DNA of 64,000 nucleotides from Gammaproteobacteria bacterium (GTDB lineage: Bacteria > Pseudomonadota > Gammaproteobacteria > Pseudomonadales > Pseudohongiellaceae), in the NCBI GenBank assembly GCA_021773355.1, contig JAJFKE010000026.1:50358-114357 (forward strand). Direction: 5' to 3'. The notes under the pieces were generated by a model. It saw only the letters and a program-made list of their open reading frames with translations. It was not told the DNA's origin and did no database searches. The first letter of the stretch is position 1; each line of letters starts with the position of its first letter. Positions 35,561 to 45,018 of this stretch are shown piece by piece. The translations under genes were made by a program, and so were the position numbers.

Positions 35561-37150
35561 TTAGTAGCCCAGATATTTCTTGGCTTCCTGAACTGCGGGA
35601 TGACTATCGTCACTCCAAACTGCTAACAGGGCTTCATAGTTCATTGTTGCATTGCCGATGTCATTCAGTTTCTTGTGGCTGCGTGCGGCGCCGAGAAGAG
35701 ACCAGGGTCGGTTAGGGAGGCGCTGTAAGGACAGGGCAAATAGTTTTGCCGCTTCTTCGTTTCTATCCATCTCCAGCATTATTTCAGCCGCCAGTTCATG
35801 CACTGGCTTAAGCGGCGTGGCGGCTCCGTTGGGAGGTCGCTGTTGCTCTTTGATCGCCATCGCTTCTTGCATCAAGTCGATTGCCTGCTGCCGCTTGGCC
35901 ACGTCAACCATGGGTTGCTTGATGGATTCTTTGTGCAAGGTAAGCGCTGCAACTTCGTGATGGACAAGTTTTATTTGTACATCATTGGGCTTGGCTGCCA
36001 GCATACTACTCAGCTTATCAACGACCTGATTAGCCAGCTCCAGCTCGCCCAGGTTAGCAGCAGATAGGCCCAGTGCTAAAAGTTGCGTGGCATTCAGATC
36101 GTCGGATAATTCCTGAACTTGCCATTGCTTGCTTTCAATTATGTGGCGCGCTTGCATGGTTTTTAAGGTGCCTATGGAACGGCCGTCTCCGGGATTATTT
36201 TTCACCACTTGTTCGGCACGGACAATCCACCTGTTAGAAGTTTCAAGGTTACCTAATTGAAGATCGCCGTACTGTCCCCAGTCAGAGGAATGATTCAGAT
36301 CGCCAACTGCGTCACCCGGTTGCCAGAGTTCAAGACCTGCATTGAAGGCAGAGTCGTTCCACATGGATACTTCGTTCCACATACCATGTTGGATAAAAAT
36401 ATGTGTGGGCATATGGCGAGCATGGGATACAGCAGGTGCGATATCGGCGTAGGCAGTTGCCGCTTCAAGCGCGATCGGTGCATGGATCGGATCATCGAAG
36501 GCGTGGATTACATAGTGCGCGGCGCCGGGATGGTTGCCATTTTTCTTGAACAGTTCCAAAGCGAGAGCGCCCGCACGCATATTGATGCGGTCGCGGTCTG
36601 CGCCTGCTGCCGTTGCCCCCGAAAGCATAGATGCAGCGTAGAATGCTTTTACTTCATCATCGTCAGGAAATTTCGTATACAGGTCTTCCATGGCATGCAT
36701 CCAGGCCGTGCGACGTTCGGGCATGCCACCTACAGTAAGGGCATAGGCCTCGGCCGCACGTAAAAAACCTTTTTCCTTTTCTGTAGGTGCCTGGGCCAGA
36801 CGTTCTTCGCTGGTGGCACCCAGGCGCATCAGCGCTTCTCCCGGGCCATCGTCTTTTTGGCCAAAGAAGGGGTGCTGGTAGGTGAAGGCCTCGCCCCAAT
36901 ATGCCATGGCAAAGTCCGGGTCCAGCTCCTGCGCCTGGCGAAACTCGCGTTGCGCCTGGGTCATACCAAAACTGTGCAGATAGCCCACTCCGAGGATGAA
37001 ATGTTCCTGGGCTGCGGTTGATCCTGATGTGGGGAAATCGAAAGTGCCGATGCGATCTAGTTCGGCGGCAAAGCTACTAGTAGTAAGCAGGGCAGTAGCA
37101 AGGCTGAAGATAGCTGCGATTGCTGGCTTGGACAGGTTTCTCTTAGGCAT
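35561..37150 (-). CDS. exported TPR-repeat protein
   Basis: Signal peptide ending SSFAAE. Repeated Ala/Tyr/Leu-patterned 34-residue-like units (e.g. AQREFRQAQELDPDFAMAYWGEAF). Lies 72 nt upstream of the SoxC-like gene on the same strand. Confidence 0.6.
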   Translation of the reverse strand: MPKRNLSKPAIAAIFSLATALLTTSSFAAELDRIGTFDFPTSGSTAAQEHFILGVGYLHSFGMTQAQREFRQAQELDPDFAMAYWGEAFTYQHPFFGQKDDGPGEALMRLGATSEERLAQAPTEKEKGFLRAAEAYALTVGGMPERRTAWMHAMEDLYTKFPDDDEVKAFYAASMLSGATAAGADRDRINMRAGALALELFKKNGNHPGAAHYVIHAFDDPIHAPIALEAATAYADIAPAVSHARHMPTHIFIQHGMWNEVSMWNDSAFNAGLELWQPGDAVGDLNHSSDWGQYGDLQLGNLETSNRWIVRAEQVVKNNPGDGRSIGTLKTMQARHIIESKQWQVQELSDDLNATQLLALGLSAANLGELELANQVVDKLSSMLAAKPNDVQIKLVHHEVAALTLHKESIKQPMVDVAKRQQAIDLMQEAMAIKEQQRPPNGAATPLKPVHELAAEIMLEMDRNEEAAKLFALSLQRLPNRPWSLLGAARSHKKLNDIGNATMNYEALLAVWSDDSHPAVQEAKKYLGY

Positions 37151-37345
37151 GATGAATCCTCGGATTATTGTTCTTGGATGCGCTTAAGGGTGCCAACTAC
37201 GCCGCTCTATTGCAATCACTTATTTGTTACCGTATGTGGCCACAGGATGGACTCAATCCCCGCCTTGAGAGAGGGCATTCGAGTCACCGGGAACCTTAGA
37301 CAGGGACGTTTTTGAAGGTTTCAGGAAGGATAATCGCGGCGCTTT

Positions 37346-39142
37346 TCAAGCGGCAAGATGGTCGGCAATAACCCGGACAAAGGCTGGACCGTATTTTTCA
37401 AGCTTTCTGTCACCAACGCCAGTCACCTCAGAGAAGGCGTTCATGTCCTGTGGCAGGTTTACACACATTTCTTGCAGACTGCTGTCGTGAAAGATGACAT
37501 AGGGTGGCACGCCCTGATCTTCCGCGAACAGCCTTCTGCACTCCCTCAGCGCCTCCCAAAGCGCTATATCCACATCCGGAGCCAATGAAGTTTTGGTTTG
37601 GCGTTTCGCCGCCTTTTGTTTTATGTCGCGCCGAAGTTGGATAGATTCTTCCCCTCGTAGCAGAGCGCGGCAGCTTTCTTCAAGGCGCAGTGCTCCAAAT
37701 CGTTCCAGGTCCACACTAAGATAGCCTCTGGCCACTAACTGTCTGAACACAGAGCGCCATTGATTATTGTCCAATTCCTTGCCAATACCATGGGAGGCGA
37801 GTAGATGGTGATCGAACTGAAAGATTTTGTTGGTTTCGGCGCCGCGCAACACATCGATTAGATGATTTACGCCGAAGCGCTGATTCGTTCTATAGGTCAC
37901 GCTCAAGGCCTTGCGCGCAGCTTCGGTCCCGTCCCAGGTTTGAGCTGGTTCAAGACAACAGTCGCAATTTCCACAAGCTTGTTGCAGTGTTTCTCCAAAA
38001 TAGCTAAGCAGGGCCTGGCGCCTGCAAGATGTAATCTCGCACAGGCCCAACATGGCATTCAGACGGTGTTGTTCCGCGCGCTTGTGTTCCTCGCTCCCGT
38101 CAGATCCTTCCATCATCTGCCGCAGTTTGATGACATCCTGTAGGCCATAAATCATCCAGGCGTTGGCAGGAGCACCATCGCGACCGGCTCTACCGGTTTC
38201 CTGGTAATAGGATTCTATGGTCTTGGGCAGATCCAGATGCGCCACGAAACGCACATCCGGTTTATCGATGCCCATGCCGAAGGCGATAGTGGCGACAATA
38301 ATTACCCCCTCGTCGCGTAAAAACTTGCGCTGATGGTCGGCACGAATGTCAGCGCTCAAGCCGGCATGATAGGGCAGGGCATTGAAACCTTCGGCCTGCA
38401 ACCAATAGGCGATGTCTTCGGTTTTCTTACGCGACAGGCAGTACACTATGCCGGCATCGACGGCGTGTTCATCACGAAGAAATTTCAGGAATTGTTGTTT
38501 GGCGTTGTGTTTCAAGGCAATTCGATAACGAATATTGGGTCTATCGAATCCAACGATAAATTGCTCAGCCTCGTTAAGTTGTAGCCGCGTTTTTATTTCT
38601 ACGCGAGTGCGTTCATCCGCAGTAGCTGTCAACGCAATACGGGGGACTTCGGGAAACAGTTCGTGTAATAGGCTGAGTTTTAGATAGTCAGCGCGAAAAT
38701 CATGGCCCCATTGAGACACGCAATGCGCTTCGTCTATGGCAAACAGTGATATCCTGGAATCTTTGAATAGTTTGAGCGTGTGTGCCTGATTGAATCGTTC
38801 CGGTGCTATATAAAGCAAATCTAATTGGCCTTCGATTAATGCTCGCTCAATCTCTCGAGCTTCTACTGGACCCAGTGTTGAATTTAGAAATGCCGCGCGC
38901 ACCCCTAATAATTTCAATGCACTCACCTGATCTTGCATTAATGCGATCAATGGTGAAATAACGACACCACAGCCATCGCGTACTATGGCTGGAATCTGAT
39001 AACACAAGGACTTGCCGCCACCGGTTGGCATCAAAACCAGAGCATCATCTCCGTTGATGATGGATTCTATAATTTGGTCTTGGGGTGGACGGAAGGACGA
39101 GAAACCAAAAACTGATTGTAATATGTCATGTGCACTACTCAT
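37346..39142 (-). CDS. recQ: ATP-dependent DNA helicase RecQ
   Basis: [22 protein letters not shown] (Walker A), [14 protein letters not shown] (DEAH box), Zn-binding Cys cluster CGNCDCC, and a C-terminal HRDC-like domain. I start it at ATG 39142 (MSSAHDIL); the ORF-track N-extension is not RecQ-like. Confidence 0.9.
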   Translation of the reverse strand: MSSAHDILQSVFGFSSFRPPQDQIIESIINGDDALVLMPTGGGKSLCYQIPAIVRDGCGVVISPLIALMQDQVSALKLLGVRAAFLNSTLGPVEAREIERALIEGQLDLLYIAPERFNQAHTLKLFKDSRISLFAIDEAHCVSQWGHDFRADYLKLSLLHELFPEVPRIALTATADERTRVEIKTRLQLNEAEQFIVGFDRPNIRYRIALKHNAKQQFLKFLRDEHAVDAGIVYCLSRKKTEDIAYWLQAEGFNALPYHAGLSADIRADHQRKFLRDEGVIIVATIAFGMGIDKPDVRFVAHLDLPKTIESYYQETGRAGRDGAPANAWMIYGLQDVIKLRQMMEGSDGSEEHKRAEQHRLNAMLGLCEITSCRRQALLSYFGETLQQACGNCDCCLEPAQTWDGTEAARKALSVTYRTNQRFGVNHLIDVLRGAETNKIFQFDHHLLASHGIGKELDNNQWRSVFRQLVARGYLSVDLERFGALRLEESCRALLRGEESIQLRRDIKQKAAKRQTKTSLAPDVDIALWEALRECRRLFAEDQGVPPYVIFHDSSLQEMCVNLPQDMNAFSEVTGVGDRKLEKYGPAFVRVIADHLAA

Positions 39143-39287
39143 TGCGGGGCAGTATACCGTATAGTTGGGAGAATCCATTGCTACTATTGATGATAGTTGG
39201 CAATTCTGTGATGACAAACTATCCGGGTTCCAATAGGACCAAATAAACGAAAGCAAAAACTGGGGAAGCACAAACGGGGGCAAAGTA

Positions 39288-39812
39288 ATGAAGTGTAGTA
39301 ACAAATTCTTGTCGATGTCATATCTTCTGCTGATTGCATTCAGCTCAAATATCTCAGTGGCTCAACAACTCGGTTGTGAGGATGGCTCAGATTTTCGAGC
39401 TTTCGATTTTTGGTTAGGAGAGTGGGACGTCACTGATAATGTCAGTGGCAATGTGGCTGGCTCCAATTCTATAAAGAAAATGGAAGGTGGTTGCATGTTG
39501 CTTGAGGCTTGGGTAGGTGGCAGTGGAGGCAGCGGAACCAGTATCAATTACTACAATCCAGTAAACAAAGAATGGCGGCAATTGTGGGTTGCACAGGGAC
39601 GCTACTCCATCGATATAGCTGGCGGCTTGGTCGGCGAATCCATGCAGCTGCTGGGTAGCATCTATTATTTTTCAGGCAGTGAAGCGAGCTTTCGAGGAAC
39701 CTGGACTCCGAGTTCTGATGGCAGCGTACGCCAGTTCTTTGAGCTGTATAATGAGGACACGAAAAGCTGGGATGTTTGGTTCGATGGCCGTTATGTACGT
39801 AAACAACTGTAA
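39288..39812 (+). CDS. exported hypothetical protein
   Basis: Signal peptide ([15 protein letters not shown]). The 174-aa beta-rich text includes [10 protein letters not shown]. No family securely recognised. Confidence 0.45.
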   Translation: MKCSNKFLSMSYLLLIAFSSNISVAQQLGCEDGSDFRAFDFWLGEWDVTDNVSGNVAGSNSIKKMEGGCMLLEAWVGGSGGSGTSINYYNPVNKEWRQLWVAQGRYSIDIAGGLVGESMQLLGSIYYFSGSEASFRGTWTPSSDGSVRQFFELYNEDTKSWDVWFDGRYVRKQL

Positions 39813-39880
39813 GATGAACAACTTGAAACTGCTGGACGGGTTGTATTTCCCAACTCGCGTTTAGACTGGATTAGAACTTA

Positions 39881-40567
39881 ATGGCAAGTCTTCTTAGTAG
39901 AATAGAAAAGCTCAAGGCAAAACGGTGCGGCGTTAAGATTCAGGACGTCTCCAATATTAGCTCAACCTCCCATGTAATTATGGAACAGCACTCACGACTA
40001 GGGAATGTGAAGGTTCGATTGCCGAAGGCAGATCGGCCGCTGTGCATTGGGGCCTATAGCTATATGCGCGAAGGGGGTGAAATATGGCATGTGGAATCAA
40101 TAGGCAGATTTTGCTCAATTGGGCGCAATGTTGTATTGGGGCAAGCGTCTAATAATCACCCCATAGATTGGGTGTCCAGCAGCATGTCAGTAAGCAAGAA
40201 CTACGTTGCCGACTTTGCGTACACCAATATAGCAAACGATGTATGGATCGCGCATGATGTGGTGGTGATGGCTGGAGTAAATATTGGAAACGGTGCAGTA
40301 ATCGGTCGTAATGCGGTAGTTACAAAAGATGTAGAACCTTATCAGATCGTGGTCGGAAATCCTGCCAGAGTCGTGCGAACTCGTTTCACCATGGAGCAGA
40401 TCGTCGGTTTGCTGAAAAGCGAATGGTGGGAAATCGATTTTTCAATTTTGGCCACACTGCCTTTTGATGCCGTGGATCAATTTTTGCAGAAATTACAATC
40501 GGAACAACCAGCAGCGACCTACAAAAAAATATCAATTAAAAACAGAAGAGTTCGCACAGAAGGCTAG
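39881..40567 (+). CDS. hexapeptide-repeat xenobiotic O-acetyltransferase (CatB/Vat-like XAT family)
   Basis: Left-handed beta-helix repeats (VWIAHDVVVMAGVNIGNGAVIGRNAVVTKDVEPYQIVVGNPARVVRTRF), typical of XAT enzymes. Confidence 0.7.
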   Translation: MASLLSRIEKLKAKRCGVKIQDVSNISSTSHVIMEQHSRLGNVKVRLPKADRPLCIGAYSYMREGGEIWHVESIGRFCSIGRNVVLGQASNNHPIDWVSSSMSVSKNYVADFAYTNIANDVWIAHDVVVMAGVNIGNGAVIGRNAVVTKDVEPYQIVVGNPARVVRTRFTMEQIVGLLKSEWWEIDFSILATLPFDAVDQFLQKLQSEQPAATYKKISIKNRRVRTEG

Positions 40568-40678
40568 TCTTGTTATCAGCCTGGTTGGATCTATAGAATA
40601 GTGAATATTTAGAAAACAACGGTGCAGACATGTTGTGAGCAATTTTTCGCTAATGCACTAGCTTTTGAGGAGAAAAAA

Positions 40679-41173
40679 TTGAGCGAGCAACAAATCAGCA
40701 CCTTCGTGCACGTCGCTACAGCGATAGTGCTGTTGCTGGGGCTAGGATTGGTATGGCTTGAACTACGCCAAGCTAAATCACTCACCTTGGCGGAACTGGC
40801 AAGTCAGGGTTACTCCGAAGTGATAGAAAACGCACGGACGGTTATGGGTGAAAACCCGGCAGTTGCTATATCAAAGTCTTGTTTTGTTCCTGATTCGTTG
40901 ACTCATGAAGATCTTGTAGTTTTGGATTCTCTGTATCGTGCCCAAGCTTCACAGATTGACAGGTTGCGGGTTTTGGAAGCCGTTGCCGATTTTGGTGTTC
41001 CGTGGCAGCAATATGCTTCTCAATTTTTGAGCGACATATTAGCTCAGGAATTCGGTCGTTGGTGGTTTGAGGAAAACTTATCGTCAGACCCGGAACTCGC
41101 TACAATAAGAGATCAGGTTTTAATGTCAAACCCGAGCTGCCAAGAATTTTATGAACGTTTCACTACTAGATGA
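40679..41173 (+). CDS. hypothetical N-terminally membrane-anchored protein
   Basis: TTG 40679 is preceded by GAGGAG at 6 nt. One TM segment (VHVATAIVLLLGLGLVWL). No family recognised. Confidence 0.4.
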   Translation: MSEQQISTFVHVATAIVLLLGLGLVWLELRQAKSLTLAELASQGYSEVIENARTVMGENPAVAISKSCFVPDSLTHEDLVVLDSLYRAQASQIDRLRVLEAVADFGVPWQQYASQFLSDILAQEFGRWWFEENLSSDPELATIRDQVLMSNPSCQEFYERFTTR

Positions 41174-41181
41174 GGTGATGG

Positions 41182-41406
41182 TTAGTGCAAATTGCAAACC
41201 ACCAACCACCAACCCTGAGTATTAGTGGTTGGTTCTCTCTTGCTATCGAGGTAGGCATAATATTCATCAGCTATATCTTCGTCCACTTCAACATCTCTGT
41301 TGCCGCCATAGTGTCGGTCATCCAGGTTCTTCCTGGGGCCAGAGATCCAATAGTGGTCTCCTGAATCGATATCGAAATATTTGGCCTTGAACCATTTACT
41401 CTTCAA
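41182..41406 (-). CDS. small conserved hypothetical protein (YWISGPRK motif)
   Basis: 74 codons. The TTG start overlaps the TGA of the upstream GMC gene (cTTGAag). KAKYFDIDSGDHYWISGPRKN resembles a widespread ~70-aa family that I recall but cannot name. The last ~12 codons run through a hairpin and may not be real. Confidence 0.4.
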   Translation of the reverse strand: MKSKWFKAKYFDIDSGDHYWISGPRKNLDDRHYGGNRDVEVDEDIADEYYAYLDSKREPTTNTQGWWLVVCNLH

Positions 41407-43022
41407 GTTCTGGAATTTCTTTCCTGCAATATAAACGCCGCACCCTTTTCAGCGATCATAACGGTAGGAGCATTGGTATTACCGGAGGTAATTCTTGGCA
41501 TTATCGAGGCGTCGATTACACGCAGGTCTTCAATGCCGTGCACTTGCAGTCTATCGTTGACTACGGCCAATTCATCGTTGCCCATCTTGCAGCTACCTAC
41601 TGGGTGGAAGATTGTGGTTCCCAAGTCTCCAGCTGCTTTCATCAGTTCTGCATCCGTGGTCAATTCTGCTCCAGGCTTCCATTCGACTGGATCGAAGCGA
41701 GCCAAAGCCTGGGATGCCATGATCTTTCGAGTAAAGCGAAGGCCCGCTATAGTGACTTGCCGGTCTTCTTCAGTCGATAAATAATTAAGTGTGATTGCTG
41801 GATAATCGCTGCTGTGCTTACTCTTTATTCGTACATGACCACGGCTGCTGGGACGTAGATTGCAAACCGATGGCGTGATTGCATTGAATTTGTGCAGAGG
41901 ATCTCCAAATTTATCCAGCGATAGCGGCTGAACATGCCATTCGATGTTTGCAGTGACTTGATTCTCATCGCTTTTTGCAAATGCGCCTAGCTGAGAGGGA
42001 GGCATGGTTAGGGGCCCGGTTTTAAATAGGGCATATTCAATACCCATCTTCGCCTTGCCTAATAATGAATTTGCACGTTGATTCAGTGTCACCGTATTCT
42101 GCACCTTGTAAACGCTACGTACTTGCAGATGGTCGTGCAGGTTTTCACCAACACCATTCAGTTCATGAATTATTTCAATTCCCTTGTCGGTTAATAGTTC
42201 AGCCGAACCTATGCCCGACAATTGCAGCAGTTGCGGTGAACCGATTGATCCGGCTGAAACGATGACCTCTGTTTTTGCTTTAATAAGTTGCGCTGACTGT
42301 TGACCCAGGCGAACCCGAACACCATTGGCGCGATGCATGCCATTCGATGTATCTATCTCAATTTTTTCTACATGGGCTTCAGTTAACACCGTAAGATTCT
42401 TGCGTGACATCACTGGACGGAGAAAGGCCTTGGTACCGCTCCAACGCGAACCATTTTTTTGGTTCATCTGAAAGTAGGCATTGCCCAAATTGTCGCCACG
42501 GTTGAATTCCTCAATCTTTGGTATGCCACATTCCTCGGCGGCGTCTCGCCAGGCATCAAGAATTTCCCAATTCACTCGGCGTTCTTCTACACGAAGCTCG
42601 CCGTCGCCGCCGTGAAATTCATTGGCGCCATGTTGATAGCTTTCGGATCGTTTGTAGGCCGGCAACACCTGGTCCCAGCCCCAGCCCCTATTGCCCAGAG
42701 ATTCCCAGTGATCGAAGTCACTCTTCTGCCCGCGCATGTAGATCATCGCATTGATAGAGGAACAGCCGCCTAAGACCTTGCCTCTGGCATAACCGATGGA
42801 GCGGCCATTCAAACCAGGATCGGGTTCGGTCTGATAACACCAGTCAGTGCGCGGGTTGGCGATGGTATATAAATAGCCTACCGGAATATCGATCCAGAAA
42901 TAGTTGTCTTTGCCACCGGCTTCAAGTAACAGAACGGAAATTTCCGGGTCTGCCGAAAGCCGATTGGCGAGCACGCAGCCAGCGGTGCCGGCGCCTATGA
43001 TGATGTAATCGTAATCGGGCAT
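41403..43022 (-). CDS. GMC-family FAD oxidoreductase (choline/alcohol dehydrogenase-like)
   Basis: DYIIIGAGTAGCVLANRLS dinucleotide-binding motif, GMC signature text, and C-terminal HPVGSCKMG. Confidence 0.85.
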   Translation of the reverse strand: MPDYDYIIIGAGTAGCVLANRLSADPEISVLLLEAGGKDNYFWIDIPVGYLYTIANPRTDWCYQTEPDPGLNGRSIGYARGKVLGGCSSINAMIYMRGQKSDFDHWESLGNRGWGWDQVLPAYKRSESYQHGANEFHGGDGELRVEERRVNWEILDAWRDAAEECGIPKIEEFNRGDNLGNAYFQMNQKNGSRWSGTKAFLRPVMSRKNLTVLTEAHVEKIEIDTSNGMHRANGVRVRLGQQSAQLIKAKTEVIVSAGSIGSPQLLQLSGIGSAELLTDKGIEIIHELNGVGENLHDHLQVRSVYKVQNTVTLNQRANSLLGKAKMGIEYALFKTGPLTMPPSQLGAFAKSDENQVTANIEWHVQPLSLDKFGDPLHKFNAITPSVCNLRPSSRGHVRIKSKHSSDYPAITLNYLSTEEDRQVTIAGLRFTRKIMASQALARFDPVEWKPGAELTTDAELMKAAGDLGTTIFHPVGSCKMGNDELAVVNDRLQVHGIEDLRVIDASIMPRITSGNTNAPTVMIAEKGAAFILQERNSRT

Positions 43023-43069
43023 GGTTCGGCTAGGAATAAGTGAAGCGATTTAATGATTGCATAATACTC

Positions 43070-43081
43070 GTTTGCGCAAAC
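43070..43081. promoter_or_regulatory. perfect 12-bp palindrome GTTTGCGCAAAC, candidate operator upstream of the GMC oxidoreductase gene
   Basis: Lies 48-59 nt upstream of ATG 43022. On the minus strand it sits between a TTTGTA -35-like hexamer and a TATTAT -10-like hexamer spaced 17 nt apart. Confidence 0.3.
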
Positions 43082-43178
43082 ACTACAAACACAAGCTTAT
43101 TATTAATTCACAATGATAGGGGGCTGGTGCATTAGTTTGCTAGAATCCTAACCACAAAGTGTTCAACAGGGAACAAGT

Positions 43179-44090
43179 GTGAATTACGATGAGATTAAAA
43201 GTGCGTTAACAGAATTCTTTAGCAAAGAACAGCTGGATGCGCGTCGCATTTTTCATGGCAGGGGACAAATGCACGCGGGTCTTGAACACATCTGTATCGA
43301 TTGGTTCAGACCCCTGGTGTTGATATCTGCCTATTCCGAGATTGAAGATGTGCCGGGCTTGCTGCAACTAGTTTTGAATGCAGACTCGCACAGGCAAATA
43401 ACAACAGTGATTTTGCAGCAAAGATACGAGCAGGGAGCGCCAGCGCAAACTTTGTTCGGTGACATATTGCAGCAGTTGATTGTTACCGAGGGCAGCCTGC
43501 GTTTTGAGGTTCATCCGGGGACGCAGCAGAACGTGGGCTTGTTTCTCGATATGCGCGGTCTGCGTAATTGGCTGCAAACGGAAAGTAACAGCCTCAATGT
43601 ATTAAATCTTTTTGCCTATACTTGTTCATTGTCTGTTGCAGCCTTGGCCGGCGCCGCAACATCCGTTACTAATGTAGACATGAGCAAGACAAGCATCAAA
43701 TGGGGCGAGAAGAATCATGAGCTTAATCTTCAGGACTTGAGCGGAGTTAAATCTATTCCGCATAATCTGTTCAAGTCTTGGGGAAGGATTAGGCAATTTG
43801 GACGCTATGATCTGGTGATCATCGATCCACCTACTCGGCAGCGGGGAAGTTTCGATGCAGCCAGGAATTACGCGGCGGTTATGAGAAAGTTACCCGCTCT
43901 TTGCGAACCAGGAGCCCAAGTTATCGCGACTATAAATAGCCCGTTTCTTGGCCCGGATTATTTGCTTGAGTTGTTTTTTCGATATAACCCTGAAGGAAAA
44001 CACATTGGAGAGATAGCCGTAGCTCCAGAATTTTTGGACAAATATCCGGAGCGCGGGTTAAACATTTGTCATTTTGAAATGCCAACTTGA
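43179..44090 (+). CDS. class I SAM-dependent methyltransferase (RlmI/YwbD-like rRNA methyltransferase core)
   Basis: GTG start. VLNLFAYTCSLSVAA (motif I variant) and DLVIIDPP (motif IV), typical of this RNA m5C/m2G methyltransferase group. Confidence 0.6.
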   Translation: MNYDEIKSALTEFFSKEQLDARRIFHGRGQMHAGLEHICIDWFRPLVLISAYSEIEDVPGLLQLVLNADSHRQITTVILQQRYEQGAPAQTLFGDILQQLIVTEGSLRFEVHPGTQQNVGLFLDMRGLRNWLQTESNSLNVLNLFAYTCSLSVAALAGAATSVTNVDMSKTSIKWGEKNHELNLQDLSGVKSIPHNLFKSWGRIRQFGRYDLVIIDPPTRQRGSFDAARNYAAVMRKLPALCEPGAQVIATINSPFLGPDYLLELFFRYNPEGKHIGEIAVAPEFLDKYPERGLNICHFEMPT

Positions 44091-44463
44091 ATGAGCGAGG
44101 ATTAGGGAGTTATTTCCACGCTGGTGGTATTCACCGGGCCCATGCCACGTATTTCCACAACCACAGGGCCGCCTCGGGATCCATCGTAATGAACCGCTCT
44201 CCGCGAGGTGGGCCATGAAGCCTCTCACAACTATTGCCGTGGTTTCTTCATATCATGACTGGCATCGATGGCAGCATTCCATGCGCCTTCAATAGCTGTT
44301 ACGAAACGATTCCTGCTGTACCCGTTGCTGCAAATCGCAGAGGCTGCTCCCCTATACTTAGCTGCCAATTAATTGACTACAAAGCCGCTTATGCAGGCTT
44401 ACTCTTTTTATTCGGCGGTATATACTAGCGCAAGCAATCTGCTAACAATCAACTGGTGTTTTA

Positions 44464-44973
44464 ATGCGTGAAGATTCATCTATAGATAAGAAAAACTTCG
44501 AGGCGGACAAACCCGATCAAAAAGGCGCAGCCGTTAAATTTCCACCTCCTGCCATTTTTGCCGGTCTTATCCTTCTGGGAGTTGGCTTGCAGTACCTGTG
44601 GCCAGTAGCTATGGGCGTGCCTGAGTCATTGGAATTTGTTGGTGTATTTATCATGTTATTTGGACTGGCCATAGCTGTTCTGGTCAACAATTCCTTTAAG
44701 CGTGTGGGTACCGCAATCGAACCTTGGAAACCTACCACTAAAATCTTGACGACAGGCTTCTACGCCTGGTCCAGGAATCCTATCTACATCGGGTTCTGCA
44801 TGATCAACATCGGTATCGGAATATCAAGTAACAATTTCTGGATATTCATAAGCTTTATTCCTGCCGCAGTCTTACTGTACTACGTGGCCATAGCAAAGGA
44901 AGAAGCCTATCTAGAAGATAAATTTGGTGAAGAATACATTGCTTATAAAGCAGAGGTCAGACGTTGGATATAA
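44464..44973 (+). CDS. membrane methyltransferase, ICMT/PEMT family
   Basis: Four TM segments. YAWSRNPIYIGF and EEAYLEDKFGEEY motifs. Confidence 0.7.
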   Translation: MREDSSIDKKNFEADKPDQKGAAVKFPPPAIFAGLILLGVGLQYLWPVAMGVPESLEFVGVFIMLFGLAIAVLVNNSFKRVGTAIEPWKPTTKILTTGFYAWSRNPIYIGFCMINIGIGISSNNFWIFISFIPAAVLLYYVAIAKEEAYLEDKFGEEYIAYKAEVRRWI

Positions 44974-45018
44974 ATATTGAGCCACATCACTTGTAGTAAA
45001 CGCTGCTGTTTCGGACTA

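Noticed and set aside
36257-36763. 168-aa plus-strand ORF antisense to the TPR gene.
   Set aside because: It has a Cys/Arg-rich non-protein-like translation and is a shadow of the TPR frame.
39143-39304. 54-codon N-terminal extension of the RecQ ORF.
   Set aside because: The extension ([18 protein letters not shown]...) is not RecQ-like and would overlap the divergent gene's start region. RecQ homology begins right after Met55 ([14 protein letters not shown]).
44102-44368. Naming the stop-interrupted frame as a dodecin-like gene.
   Set aside because: There is only a vague resemblance (FVTAIEGAWNAAIDAS versus dodecin S.E.AI..A..RA text). The second half does not match, so no family name is assigned.
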